From: Moniliella sp. 'wahieum'
Taxonomy: Eukaryota
Reading direction: 5' to 3'
DNA: 64,000 nucleotides
NCBI GenBank assembly: GCA_003971905.1
Contig: RSEE01000038.1
Coordinates: forward strand, 310,001 to 374,000
Part shown: positions 1 through 13,707 of the stretch, one piece after another
Layout: the number at the start of each line of letters is the position of its first letter
Numbering within the stretch: position 1 is the stretch's first letter
Position numbers and translations under genes: made by a program
The notes under the pieces: model-generated
The model's database searches: none
What the model saw: only the letters and a program-made list of their open reading frames with translations
What the model was told of the DNA's origin: nothing

Positions 1-976
1 AACGAGCGAGGCAGGACAAGCGATGATCACCTTGTCGATCGTAGGCTTGTTGGGAATCGGGCTTTGACGCAACAACGTCCAAAGCAGAGCAATGCACTGC
101 AACGTTTTTCCCAGCCCCATCTCATCGGCCATAATGCACCCATACGCATTCTCCACCATCAAGCCGGTGCAGCAACGGTAAAGGAATCGTACCCCTTCCA
201 CTTGATGGGGCCGCAGAACTTTGCCCAACCTAGGTCAATGACAACAGGCACTTTGACCACTTCCTTCTTGGATTCCCTCTTGATTCCTAGGATGTCGGCC
301 AGACTCTTGTGGGGTCCTCGTTTGATTGGAACTGGGGCTGGGGGCATATTTTCCTTACTTTCTTCGCCGGCCGCTTGGGCTCGCGCATCTGCCTCGAGCC
401 TCCGCTTGGCTTCAATCGACTCACGGTCATCGGTCGTAGGGTCAAACAGAACAATGGCATGGGCGCCCATGGGATCGTGCAAAGGACGAGGCGGGATCTC
501 AATCGCGCGCCGCGTGCCAAGTGCAGCATGCGACAATCGGTTCTCAATCACCTCACCTTTCTTGTTCTTCATCACGGGCATGTGAAAGGAACGGCGGAGC
601 GCATCAGGATTGGGCTGGTACACGGGCCACTTGCGTGTGTCGGCGTTGGTCGAACGGCCGGTGGCGTCGACACCTTTGTAGCCACTGCAATCGGCGTTCT
701 TGGGATGTTCTTCTTCAGCGTCTTGGTGCCTTTTCCATCTGCCTCATCCGTCTCAGCTTCTCCGTCGTCTTCCCCATCTCCCATATTGCGATAATCGACG
801 CGCTTGCGCTTGCGTTTGCCCGGTAGATTGGCACGGGCGAGCGAGGGGGGGCGGAAGGGCTTGACTTCGAACGACGCTTCGAACCCACCGCCGTTGGCGA
901 GTCCTGAGTGGCCAGGCGAGAGCGGCGCGCCCGCGTCATCTCCCTTCAAGACGGCGGAGATAAAGCTGCGGCGCAT
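1..976 (-). CDS. RAD54: DNA repair and recombination protein Rad54 (SNF2 family), 5' part; runs off the left end of the window
   Basis: Stitched translation: [12 protein letters not shown]...KRKRKRVDY...[28 protein letters not shown]...[11 protein letters not shown]...KVPVVID(P)[58 protein letters not shown]...[10 protein letters not shown]. This is the Rad54 N-terminal domain plus SNF2 motif I. It contains several 1-bp frameshifts. Confidence 0.95.
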
Positions 977-2387
977 GGGGCTGGAGGAGGAAGAACGAGG
1001 AGCAGGACGTAGTAATGGCGGTGGTGGTGGCAAGGGCCAACGTGCTGCGCCAACGCCCGAAAGCGGCTGTGAACGGCAGGCGAACAGTGATTGGCGATGC
1101 GTGATATCGGTCCTGAAAGCAATTTAAATTGGAGCGCCCGCTGCGCGCCCCGCGTGCCACGAGCCACTGGACACACCACGCGTCGTGTTTTCCTCGCCAC
1201 CAAAAGGAAACGCACAGCAATCGCTTTGCCTTCATTTTTTTCTCGGGCATTGTCGGGATAGCATGGCAGTGACGGCCTCCTACTATACTATGCGCACGCT
1301 TTTCCGTTCAAATGTGTAATGATTTGGAAAATTTGCGTAAAAGATGAGGTGGGGGGGCGTCACAAAACAGAGATCAAGAGCTGCTACTGCCAGTATATCT
1401 TCTTGTGTTGCTGCCTCGTGCGAAACACCTTTTTCCGTCCGGCGCCAAATACTATTCATCCCTCTTTCACGAATCCTTAACTGACCTTCCCATCTGTCCA
1501 CCGCTCCCGTGTAATGCGGCGGAATCGTTTGGATTGTTGACCCTTTGCGCTGGCTGAGAGTTACCCGGAATGTCTCCATTTCTTCCCAACAAGAATATGC
1601 GCCAGAAAAACAAGTAAGCTCAAGCTACTATGCTATTTTGCTGTTCCTTCACCTAAGGCCCCCTTTTGATCGCCTGTTTATATGGGGGGTATTGTCTGTA
1701 AAAGGTAGTGGCTTTTACCCATGATAAGTTATTTTCTGAGATCACAGTCCCCGCGTCGGAGGCGCGGCGTAATTCCACCCGGTTTTGACGGATCTCGTAG
1801 TTGAGAAGATGCGGCGAGGATGGGGGACGACCGATAAGAAGAGAAAGCGAGTAGTGTATTCACGCTGAGAGGTACAAGACTGAGTACCGAGGTGAGAGTC
1901 TGGAATAAAAGCGCGATAGGATCCTGTATATTCACGGTTATGTACATCTCTCCTCCTTCCTTTCGCCGACCCTCGATGTTGGGCTACTTGACATGATTCA
2001 GATCGCTATTGTAACGATCTAACTAGATGACCGTAATTGAGAACGTACAATACACACCACCACTACAGTAGAATTCAAGCAAGGTCTGAGTGGATAGTAT
2101 TCATAATGTCTCGAAATGGATGCCCACACAAGCTGCCTACACAGCAGCGCAGAGGCACATACAGAAAGATAGTAAGAAAGATAGTCGTGACTCCGTTGCA
2201 CGGGTTATCTAGTAGAGACGAGGGCTTGGGCAACGGGAGGCGGGGGGGCTTGCCCGAAGATTCGGTGGACAAGCACGCGCGCAACGTGCCTGATGGCCTC
2301 ACTGTTGAAAGGGGTACGACGGATGCTAGGGGACAAAGGCCTGGGTGGAAGGGTGGGAATGCGGATGCCAGCGACAAGTGGGTGATG

Positions 2388-3257
2388 TTAAGCCGATCCT
2401 TTCTTGAAAGTACCAACAATGTTGGCAAAGTAGGCACCTTGCTTCTCCGCCACCAGCTTCTCGTCCGCATTGACCTGGCGCGACCCATCGGACTTGGACA
2501 GTGTCGAGGCCCCCCACGGCGTGCCACCCTCGACAACGTCAGTGTTGGACAGTTCTTCAAACTGGTACCCGATCGGGACGTAGTTGATGCCGTGGTGCAC
2601 GAGCCAAGGCAGCGTCGTGACAAACGTCGTCTCCTGCCCGCCGTGTTGGCCAGCAGTGCAAGTAATCAAGCCTGCAAATTTGCCCAGCAAGGCGCCCGTG
2701 GCCCACAGCCCGCCAGTCTGGTCAAAGAACGTGTCGACCTGGGAAGGAAGACGGCCAAAGCGAGTGCCAGCAGCCAAAAGGTACCCATCAAACTCCTTCA
2801 GCGCGTCGGGCGTGATGGACGGTAGGGTTGCTGTGCGGTGCATCTTGGCAAGTACGTCGGAGGGCAGAGTCTCGCCAAAGCTAAAGATCTCAACCGTCGC
2901 ACCCGTCGACTTGACGCCCTCCGCGGCGGCCTTGACCAGCTCGTCAATGTGGCCCCACAGCTGTCCATTGGCCATTGGATCATGTCAGTTCACCTTCTCT
3001 CTTTGAGGGGCTGTTCGCGACACGTACCGAGTGGCCAATAATGGCAATCTTGCCGGTTTGGACTCAGTCTTGGCCGCAGAAGCAGACGTGGCAGTACCAG
3101 CACCGGCGCAGCAGCAGGGCTGCAGCAGACTTGCTCGCCGGAGCGGAGGAGGGGTAGCAGGCGTGCTGGCCGTGGTGGACGAGGCCTGGGAGGGAGCCGC
3201 GGAGCCGGAGGTGCTCTTGTCCTTCTTGCCAAACAGTTTCTTGAACAACTTGGACAT
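2388..3257 (-). CDS. Flavodoxin-like NAD(P)H:quinone oxidoreductase (WrbA/Pst2/Ycp4 family)
   Basis: IAIIGHS|LWGHIDELV (intron 2961-3027, GTACGT...CAG), then ETLPSDVLAKMH, GTRFG, FFDQTGGLWATGALLGKFAG, GQHGGQETT, HHGINYVPIGY, GGTPWGAST. A Ser/Thr/Ala-rich N-terminal extension starts MSKLFKKLFGKK. Confidence 0.93.
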
Positions 3258-4824
3258 GGTTGGTGTGTGTGTGTCTGGGGGGGAGGAGCGAAGGGAGAGC
3301 AAGGGGTGGTGGTGCCAGAAGAGGAAGGGCTTGGGCGGTGCCTTGGTCTAAAGGGGCGGGAGGGAGAGGAGGGGCCGGCGGTAGGATCAAAGAGCTCAGA
3401 ATGGCGAGAGTGTGACAGAGGTGATATATGGCGACCGGTGACCGAAGCAGCACGAACAGGCCCGTGTTGCCAAAAGGCGGCAGGTGAGCTGGATGCGCGA
3501 TGCATGCGACGCGGATGCATGATGATGATGCAGCAGGACGCTTCTCCTAACGCAGTGCCACCCGGGCTAGCCTCGCCGTCGCCTGCCTTCGCCTATCTAT
3601 ATCACGGCAGCAGTCGGCATATATCCGGCGCGTCGGAACGGTACAAGCAGAGGGCGCTTGCATGCATCCCTTGCATCCCCCCTTGCACACGTGATAAACA
3701 GATCATCCATCCTCCATCCATGCCATGCACCACGCGTCACCTGACTTGGCACGCACCACGCTCACCGCATCGGCCCGCCCACACTGCCCCTGCGCCTGCC
3801 CTGTCGATCCGACAAGGTGGGCCTCTGGCACCCGGTGAGGGGTCTCTGCTCGGTGCACAACACACGACTGTACGCCCTGAATCCAACGAGCACAGCGAGT
3901 ACCTACCTATATAGGACCTACTGAATCCATCGCTTTTGCGAAACTTGGGGGGGCCCAAGAATCCCTTCTTGGCTACCAGCCTCGCACATCCCATGGTTGC
4001 TGTCAGCGCATGTCGGTTCGCACACTCAAGCTTCAAACAGAGGAAGGCAAAAGGATGTCAATTGCCCGTCAAGCTTCAAGCTTTTCAAAAGCCGCAATAA
4101 CCACTGTTCTTGACAACCTCTCGAATCCATTTAGGTAACGTCGACCCATAGTAGAATGGACGAACCTGCGACCTGAAGCTGGAAGGAAATGTTGTGTGTG
4201 GTGGGAGGGCTTGGCGAAAAGAAAAGGCCCCCCACTGAGGACATAAAGACCGGGGGAGGTGGTATCGAGAGCAGCCTGCCCGTTTTGGTCTATTCCAAAA
4301 CATAGTTCCGAGCGTGAGGGTGTTGCCTACTTGGAATGGGGGAGGATTGGGGGAGTCGGACGCAAGTCGTCACAGAATGAAGAAAGGTCCTGTACGAAGA
4401 GAGCCCCCCACCCTCTCTGTCTGTCTGATTGGGCTACAGGTCTTCTATTTTATCGGGGCCAGTTGTTTCCCCTCGCTACCCAGCCGAAACCCGTGAAGTC
4501 AAGAGTCGAAAGCGGTCGTTGGGGAGGCGTACGCAAGAGCATTGGTTGGCAATAGGAAGATATCGGTCATTTTGGTCATGTGGGCAGTACAGATGAGATC
4601 GAGGCGCACCGTTTTTTCTTTTGGGAAGAGACGCGGCGGGGGAGGGGGGGTAAAGCGAGGGGGGAAATGATAGAGTTCGATCATACAAGACGAAAGGCGA
4701 AGGGGGCAAGAAGGGAAAAAACGCAAAGAAAAATGGACGAGGAAAACGAAGAGGGAAAGAAAGGATTAATGTGAAAAGCAACGGCTCGAGGGACGAGGGA
4801 AAGATGAGGATGTCGTCTTGAAGC

Positions 4825-6240
4825 TCAAGGGCAGGAGACCCAAGGGGTCCAGAAAAAGGTCAGACGACAAGGAGGACCAGTCTCCCCGGTTAAGCCGCCG
4901 ACTGGATCAAGGACGGGGATTGGATGCAGGTGCGTTTCGTCGTTTCCGTATCGCACGGATCGGCTTCGGAGCGTAGATGTTTGTGGAATGCATTCGTCTT
5001 GCGCGGGGTACAGAGAGGGATAGGAGGATTGGGAAGACACGGGAGTTCCTCGGGAGGATCGGGGAAGTCTGTAGGAGGCAAGGAACGAAGTGATTCAGGA
5101 TCCTGCTCCCATTCTTGCTCCCGCTCCCGCTCCTGCTCCCGCTCCTGTCCCTGTTCCCGCTCCTGCTCCTCCGAGCGAGGCAAGAGCACCGGTCTCCCTC
5201 CCCACTTCACTTCCTCTTCCGAGACGGAATCAAAGTCGAACAAGTCTTCACCAGCACAGGTACATACACTCCAAACCGACGATGCACCACATACGCCGCA
5301 CGTTCCCTTGTCCTCCCCTCCTGCTTGGGAGGGGGCTGTCCCTGGTTCTCCAGCTCCATGCCAGGGGACCCGGCGAATGGCATCTGTTCTCGCCCAATGC
5401 GGCAGAGGGGGGCCAGGGGAGAACGTACAAGGACGGAGCAAGGGAGAGCGAGGAGAGCGGGACGTGCATCGCCATAGTCCGGGCGGAGGGGGTGCGTGTC
5501 AGGGCCGTCGGAACTACCGCAGAAGATTCGCGTTGGATGCGCGAGGGCGATGAGGAAGCGTCCCGTTTGGTCCAAGAGAACGGTGCGAGGGAGGTAGGGG
5601 AAGGAAAGGCAGTGAGCGGCAGGGACAGACCTCGAGGGCCGAAAGCGGCATCGCTAGGAACGAGAGGCACATCGAGTCGGAATGGGTGGGAGGATGGTCG
5701 TGGTGGGTGCGGGCGGTGGGGTAGTAGTAGGGGTGGTTTGTCGGCATGGTTTTGGGACGCGTCGTGTGTGGGAGGGGGCGCAGGCGGGAGGGCAGCGGGC
5801 TGGTCCGAGGAGGCCGAGGAGCTCGAGGAAGGGGAGGCCGGGTGGGTTGTACAGAGTGCGCAGGGCGACATTGCCTGCTTCAACGTCCTTCTCGGCGAGC
5901 AGCGAGTCGACGTGTGCTTGAGGAGGGCAAATTGGGTCTCGTATGTCTTTACCTGGGTTTTCGAGCTGATGTAGATGGGCTTGCTGGCGTTCGCGATAGG
6001 GCGCGTTGGGAGGCACGATTTGGGCGGCGCGTTTGCTGGCCGGACATCTTCCACCGCTTGCGGCCGGGTTTGTTGCGCGCCTTGGGTTCGGCAGCGGGGG
6101 CAGAGGGCGGCGCAGCCAGCTGGGGAGGGTGCGGAGGGGTGCGGCTGGGGTGGCAGGGGGATGGGGCATGGGGTAGAGCGGGGGCTGGGCGTGGGCAGGA
6201 GAGGGGAGCATGGCGGCGGAGGAGAGGGAGAAGAGGGCAT
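4825..6240 (-). CDS. Yap/HapX-like bZIP transcription factor with a C-terminal Cys motif
   Basis: Fragments in three frames around 5850-6080 join as KPGRK..VEDVRPA.KRAAQNRASQRAYRERQQAHLHQLE.QVKTYETQFALLK.HVDSLLAEK, a Yap-type basic region plus zipper. CGVCGASSVWSVCTC lies near 5250-5300. The ends are approximate because of many frameshifts. Confidence 0.7.
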
Positions 6241-6593
6241 CTGTGACAGCGATATCGGGTGCTGCCGTGGGGGATGGATAATGTACTGGCGCGTGGGTCT
6301 GTGCGGACGAGGCAGCGGATCAGAGAGGCAGCAGGTGGCTCGAGCCCTCTCGGCTGCCGCCTGCTGCCTGCCCGTGTAACCTCGACGTTGTTCAACCTTG
6401 AGTTCAACCCTCGACACAGTTGCGCCGCCGAGGCGCCCGCGCTCCCACCCGCGTCCCATCTCCATTTCCAATCCCACCAGAACACAGCCGCCGGCTGCCG
6501 CCTGGGAAATGCGCCTAACACGCCTGATCTCAGGCCCCACCGGTCACCGGCCCCCGGCCTCACCCCGCCCCTTAAGGTAACCCAACGCGGAGC

Positions 6594-7170
6594 AGCGCTG
6601 AGCGCTTGGTGTCATTCTGATGGACGTGAGCCGCTGCCCAGCGTGCGCGCGCTGAGCTCAGTTCAGCCTGAGCGGTCTGAGCTGAGCCGCCGTACACCCA
6701 GTCATCTACCCATCGAATCCTCCCCTCCCATGCGTGGACACCCCGCGCCTGCCCGGCCCCGTCTCCCGCCCCAGCCGGTCCGTCTCAGCACAGGGGCAGC
6801 GAGGCGCACCCGCCTGTTCCGGGCGGACCCGAGCGAACTCCCACGTGGCGCAGGGCCAGGCGGCTCACGCGCTACGGCAGCAAGCGCCAGCACACCGCAC
6901 GCGGATGTGACGCGTGACGCGCGGATATGCTGGCGGTGGCTTGGCCTAGTGAGCTCAGCCTCAGCGTCCAGCGACACGCGCCGCTGCTCAGCGCCCAGAG
7001 CTCAGCCAGCGCTCAGCGCTCAGCCTCCGCGCTCAGCGCGCGCTCTCGACATCGCGCCACGCGTCACGCGTCAGTTCAACGTTCAACGTGTTCAACGTTC
7101 AACCCCAGTCCCACGGAATTCCATGGAACCGCCTCCCCCCCTTGAGATTGAAGCTTGAAGCTTCAAGCTC
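6594..7170. repeat. Cluster of 7-bp-period palindromic hexamer tandems upstream of the bZIP gene
   Basis: AGCGCT-G-AGCGCT (6594), AGCGCT-C-AGCGCT (7008), ACGCGT-C-ACGCGT (7059), AACGTT-C-AACG (7078, 7094), AAGCTT-G-AAGCTT-C-AAGCT (7151). Confidence 0.85.
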
Positions 7171-8972
7171 CAAGAGAGGCGGGTGGTGCTCATGCACATG
7201 CCAGTGTCAGCAGTCCCAAAACTTCTCCGGTTCGGTGCAATCCCAGTTCGTGCAACCCACGCGCTGGGTCCCAGTACACCCGGGGTATAATACTCTGTTT
7301 GATCTCTATATATCTTCCTTTTAGGAACACCACTTCAATCCGTCTTTCATCAACGTCCCAACGTCAACCATCCCAACCTGGCTGCCCGTCGAAACACGAT
7401 CCAGTGTTATGGATGCGGGACTTGGTAGGAAACACGTAAACACGCCTAGAGCTCGCCGCTGCCCCTGGCCACTCCCACACCCGCACCTCAAAAACGCAAT
7501 CAGACAGCCGACACCACCGCATGTAATATCAACGTTTTTTTTCTCCTTCCCCTCTCCGCCTGCACCTACATATTGGCCTTCCTGTCACCAGTCGATCCAG
7601 CAGGAGAGAAGGGCCACATCAGCTTTGCCTACATATGCGATGCGTGTACTGCATTCCATCCGGAAGGCATGGCAACACTCGTTTCCCCCCCGAGGTCACC
7701 CGCGGCGACAATGAGGGTAACGCGCACATGCTGTATAGCGCATACGCTATTACTTACCCTTCCCGCAGACTCTAGTACATATGCGCAGCATCTGGTCTCT
7801 GTTTTGGCTAACGGGTGAAGTGCAGGGTCTGCTACTGCTCTTTCCGCTTCATATTTGCTCTCTGCCCCCCTCCCCGCTCGTGCACTTTCCATCCTCTGTG
7901 GCGCTACCGTGCCCTGTGCCTCGGTTTCTGCTTTGGAATTTTGGCATCTTCTTCCATTTTGGCCTAAATTCATCATGTGTTTCTGGTACCAACTCTTTCC
8001 CAGTTCGTATCCCCAAAGATAGGGGTTGTCCTCCCTTTTCTTCCTGTTGTGGTTCTCACCACCCAAGCGAACCACCCCCTACAGCCGCGTTGACCCTACC
8101 AGCACGTGGAGCCTCTTGGCATCATCGGACCTCAGGGAACATCGTCCTATGAGGTGGACCATGATTGATACCACGCCTCCCCCTGTAGGGACGTGCCTTA
8201 AAGGACTCCTTTGGGTGGCCCTAAGTTCACATGGAACCCACAGGAGGATGGATCTGGGGACCATTGTGGAGGAGGCGTAACCACCGCTGTACCGACATGC
8301 TGTTACGCTGAGCGGCTGAACGCTGATCTCTTTGGCCCGATTGACCGTCAAGCCATGCACGTTGTGGTCTGGAGGATGGAACGGTGGGGGAGGGGGTGAG
8401 AGGCGACACTCTTCCCGCCCCAAGGGCATACCCGTTTTGTTGACAGGACGAATGTATCGGCCGCCGTCGGTCTTTTTCTTTCGTCGGGTTGAACACGTGT
8501 GGATCGAAGACACAACGGATGGGGGGCAGGATGAGAGGGGTGAGATGGAGATTTTTAGCGAGAGCTTCTGAGGCAAGCGGCCAAGAAGGTCACTGGTCAC
8601 TGCCACGCGTGCAGGATGAAATGTTCAGGCGGTGGAGCGGCCAGCTCTGCGATGCATCTCGCGCGCCTGGCATTGCCTCAGTGCCCGCGTCTGGGCTGGC
8701 GCTGTGCCTCCTCCCCGCTGCTCGGCCGCGGGGGGAGTGGCCGGGAGTGGCACGTCGTCCACGCGCGCCTAACCCTACGCGGCGCGCAGCCGTGCGTCTG
8801 CCAGGGCGCAGTGTTTCCCTCCAAGGCACGGCGAGGGGCCAGCGAGCGAGACGCTCGGCAGGCTCACAGCCCTGGTGCCCCTCGCCCCCTGCCCCCCTCG
8901 GCCGCGCTTCCTGCCACACAACCGACCCACCTTAGCGCCACCCACCACCACCTCCGGCAACGACTGTTCACC

Positions 8973-9759
<787 letters not shown>

Positions 9760-10701
9760 AATGGGATTGGATTCGGAGTGCGGCGTGCTTCCTGCTCCCC
9801 CCTCTGTTCTGTGGAGGGTAGTGTACCCCTTCCTACCCCCCCCCCCCCATGTACTGATAGCCCCTTCCCCCCTCTTCCTTCCAATGTTTGTTGCTATGGA
9901 TGATCATTGGCTGGAGGATTGATAGGCTGCCCTCGGGGGGCACCGGGCTTCCCCCTTACGCTTCTCCCAACCCTTGCACACACAATGATGCACCGCAGCA
10001 GCTATCTATCTGAGCGCACCCTCACGCGCTGGTTGACACAAGGGAGAGGTGGTGCCAAGTGGGAAAAACATAAATACTGCAAAAGTGTAGAAGTGTTGGC
10101 AGTAATCGCTAAACGTTCCCGGGGGTTAGTACTTAGTAGCTTCAACTCTGCGGCCCCGCATGCGCCACTGAAGGCTGGCTGAGCGCTCTCACCTGAGCCA
10201 GTTGGAGGGTGCCTATCTCTTTCTTGGTCCAGGGGTAGGTGTCCTCCAGGGGCTACCAATCCTCGGCCGAATGCGACATAGACCCTCAACCTCGGGGCCA
10301 TCTCAAAGGGGAGGGACCTGGGGGAGCACCCAGAAGGCTTGCGCGCGCGTCCAGTCTATCTACCAAACAGCAGCAGGTGAACGATTGAAACCGAGCCCAA
10401 CATGATCACATCTGGGCACAGCCCCTTGGCGAGGAACACTGTGATGTAGACTAGGTCGTGTGCGCATGCCAGGCAGTAGGGCAGTGTGGGTGATACCCGG
10501 CGGCCTGAGCGCCTGAGCGCCAGAGGGGGGGCTGGGGGGCTGGCTGGCGGTCCAAGCGGTTTCAACGTTCAACCCCTTCTCAGCAAAAGGCGCGACAGGA
10601 CGCCACGCCAATTTGTCAAGCTTTGTTGAACGCCAGGCGCTTGAAGCTTGCCCCACCACCGTCTTCTCCACCTCTGCCACCAGCCACCTTCGATCGTCGT
10701 T

Positions 10702-11366
10702 ATGGCTGTCAAGTACGTCCTTTCTCCCTTTGTCTCCCTGCACCCTCCCATCCCTGCCCTCTCACTCGCCTTCTCCCCAGACTCGATCCGCCCTCTCAAC
10801 TGGGCTTCCCGGCCCCTTGACCCGCCTGGGCACGCAACCGTTGACCATCACCAACCCACACTCTCACCCCATCGCTTTCAAAATCAAGACGACCGCGCCC
10901 AAGCAGTACTGCGTCAAGCCCAATACTGGCTTTGTGCCTGCCGGGGGTTCGGCCGAGGTACTGATTATGCTGCAGGCCATGGCGGAGGAACCGCTGCTCA
11001 GTGCCAAGTGCCGGGACAAGTTTCTGGTACAGAGCGCGCCTGCCAGTCCCACCGCTACCAGTCTCCCTCCTACGGAATTTTGGGCGTCGGTGAACAAATC
11101 CGAGATTAGCGAGCAAAAGTTGCGCGTGGCCTACTTGCCTCCTACCTCGGCAGTGGTGCCCGAGGAAGAAGCGGAGGAGCTCCCGACGTCCCCATCCATC
11201 CCGCAGCTGCAAGCGGAGAATGCCCAGCTGCGCGCAAGCCAAGGCGTCTACCTCGCGCATGCCTCAGGTGTCCCTGCCGTTGGTTGCCCTCCTTCTCGCC
11301 CTTGTCGCGGCAGCGGCAGCGGCAGGAACGTGGTATGTGATCACCAACGACCTGATCAACTTTTAG
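10702..11366 (+). CDS. VAMP-associated protein (VAP/Scs2-like): MSP domain plus C-terminal transmembrane anchor
   Basis: MAVK, intron 10713-10780, then LTITNPHSHPIAFKIKTTAPKQYCVKPNTG (the VAP FKxKTTxP..YCVxPN signature), KCRDKFLVQS, EQKLRVAY, and the hydrophobic tail LPLVALLLALVAAAAAAGTWYVITNDLINF*. Confidence 0.92.
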
Positions 11367-13387
11367 CGTCCACGCAGCATGCCGGCAGTTTCGCTCAGCA
11401 CGGTCTTGGACTCCTAGGCTCTCCCTTTTTCCCAACTGCTCCTTCTTTGCCTCTGGCTCATTTTCTCTCTCCTCCCGTGCCCCGCACACCCGCCTCTTCT
11501 TGCATCGGCATCCTCCTTGCACAGAACGCAGAAGAGTTCGTATGACCTCATGGAATGGACCGTCCTGCCAGATCCGTCTTCCCTACGACTGGAACCGAGC
11601 TAGGGCCTGGTTCTTTTGGTGTGGCGAACTGTGCTGGGCATGAATCATGTTGTTCCACTGATTCTTCGAGGGACTTTTGCAGGGGTTCACCAGAGCGCAG
11701 TCTCGGAGGGTACATCGACCGTGCCAGCTGGGTTGGCATTGCTTAGCAACGGATCACCGGCCGTGGCCCCGTAGGTTAGATCAGGAGAACAACGGAGCAA
11801 TCTGAGGCATCGTTGTTGCCTCTCAAGATGGACGGGACGGGGGGTGACCTGAAACGGTTCCACACCAACACCAGTGAGATATCCAGCCCTTTTCAACCGT
11901 TCCCTTGGTGGTCGACTGAAGCTTGGCTTGATCTATCGCCAGGCGAGAAGGCTTGGCCGGCACCGCTGGCTTGCCATGTAGGTGTGGAAGGTGTGGATCG
12001 GGCTGCGGCGATTGTTTTTTGGAGTGACGCGTGTGGAGCTGGAGCGATGCCCTGATCCACCCGCCTATGGAGACCGCAATGGATGCTGAAGTGTATAATA
12101 GGGCAGTAGTAGCGTAGGCGATCTCTTGCGGGCGCGAGATAGGCGTTGGTGATGGCAGCAGGATGAGAGCCACAGGAGCAGACTATTAGTCGCTGGGGCT
12201 TACGTGGCTGTGCGTGCATCACCAGTTTTTGGTGCCTGCGGAGCCTCGGGGCTAGTGAGGTCGGTTAGTAGTGCTCCACGTCCAAGGGAGCCAGCCACCG
12301 CCGCCACTGCAGAGAGCCGGGATGCACTTCCACGGCGTCGCCGCCACATTGCATTTTGTTTGGGCTATACTCTTGGTCGTAAAGAATAGCTGTGGACACC
12401 GGAATGGGTAACGTGGGGGTAGCCGTGCTGGCACTCGGTTGCGGGAATGCCTGCTAAGGGATCAAGTCTTGAGGAGCTTGAGGGGACGCCTCCGTCCTCA
12501 GCCCCTGTATTACACACAAGATGTTTGTCAATAGATAGCCTCCGAGAGGCGGAGCACCGTGGCGTAGCAGCTGTCAAATCTCATCGATCTCATCGTTGGC
12601 TGATCTCGCTCCCATTTCCAATTGCTTCGTCCTGAGCGAGGCGTATGGCAGCAGCGGCGTACCCGGAGTGGCGTAGCGTGTTGCGCGTCACTAGCATCAC
12701 TTGCAGCTGAACAAGCCCGCGTGACAGCGGCATGTGACATGCGACATCACACGGACGGCCCTGTGAGTTACAACTTACGTATCTATCATCGACTAGCAGC
12801 CGCCCTGCGGCTTGCGTGGCGGTTGTCACCATGTCATATCCCCTGAGGGCGTCGAGCACCGAGTGCCGGCCTGTGCTGCGTGGGCGCTGTCAGTGACTGG
12901 GTGCTGGGCGACGGATTTGTTTACGTTTCCGCCGTTTTGAAAAGCGCGGGGCGGAACGGGGCCAGGCAGGCGGACCGCCAGCGCGGACGCTGGGCAGCCG
13001 CCGGGCGCCTGGGGCTTTGAAACTTTGGGTTGTGAGCCCGCACACTGGGCTGGGTGCAGGCCAGCCACCGTGCTGGCATCCCCCGCCGGGTCAAGCTGTG
13101 GTGCGGGGAGCCGCGGCCGCGCACTGGCGCTGTCCCGAGCCGAACGCAGCGCGGGGGCACAGGGGCACACAGCAGCCGCGCCGGCGGCCCCCGATGGGGC
13201 GGCGGGTGACGGGTGATGCGCCTGCTTTCCCATGCCTGCGCACCGCATCTGAGGTCGCATGCATGATGCAGCTCCCAGCCCTCCCTGCTCGGCCCGGCGG
13301 GGTCCGGGACGATTAAAAATCGCCGCTCCAGCCGCCGTTCCCTCTTCTCCTCCACCTCCCCTCCAACCTCCACCTCTCCTTTCTACC

Positions 13388-13707
13388 ATGTCGGCCGGCC
13401 TGCGCGCGTTCAAAAGTACTGGTACGCCCCCGAGGCGTGCCCATCTACGTCATCACCGGCGGCGCGTTTGCCGGCGATGTGGTACCTCTACGCTTGTCGC
13501 AGGGTCCGACGATTGTGTGGAACCACAAGGACAACCCCGAGCCTTGGAACAAGATTGCCCGGCACCAACACCAAGCTGCTGACGGTCAACGTACGTGTCT
13601 TCTTCTTCTTCCCTCTCCTGGGCCTTTATCTTGCCTTGCTTGTTTGACTCGGGTGCTGACCCGAACCTTGCAGCAAGAGTTTACCAAGCCAGTACAAGCG
13701 CGAGTAA
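13388..13707 (+). CDS. NDUFA4/COXFA4 (MLRQ, B12D family) small mitochondrial respiratory subunit
   Basis: Stitched: MSAGLRAF..YWYAPE.VPIYVITGGAFAG..WYLYRLSQGPTIVWNHKDNPEPWNKIA..TNTKLLTVN, intron 13591-13673, QEFTK.YKRE*. The PxxVW...NPEPWN motif is typical of the family. Confidence 0.85.
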
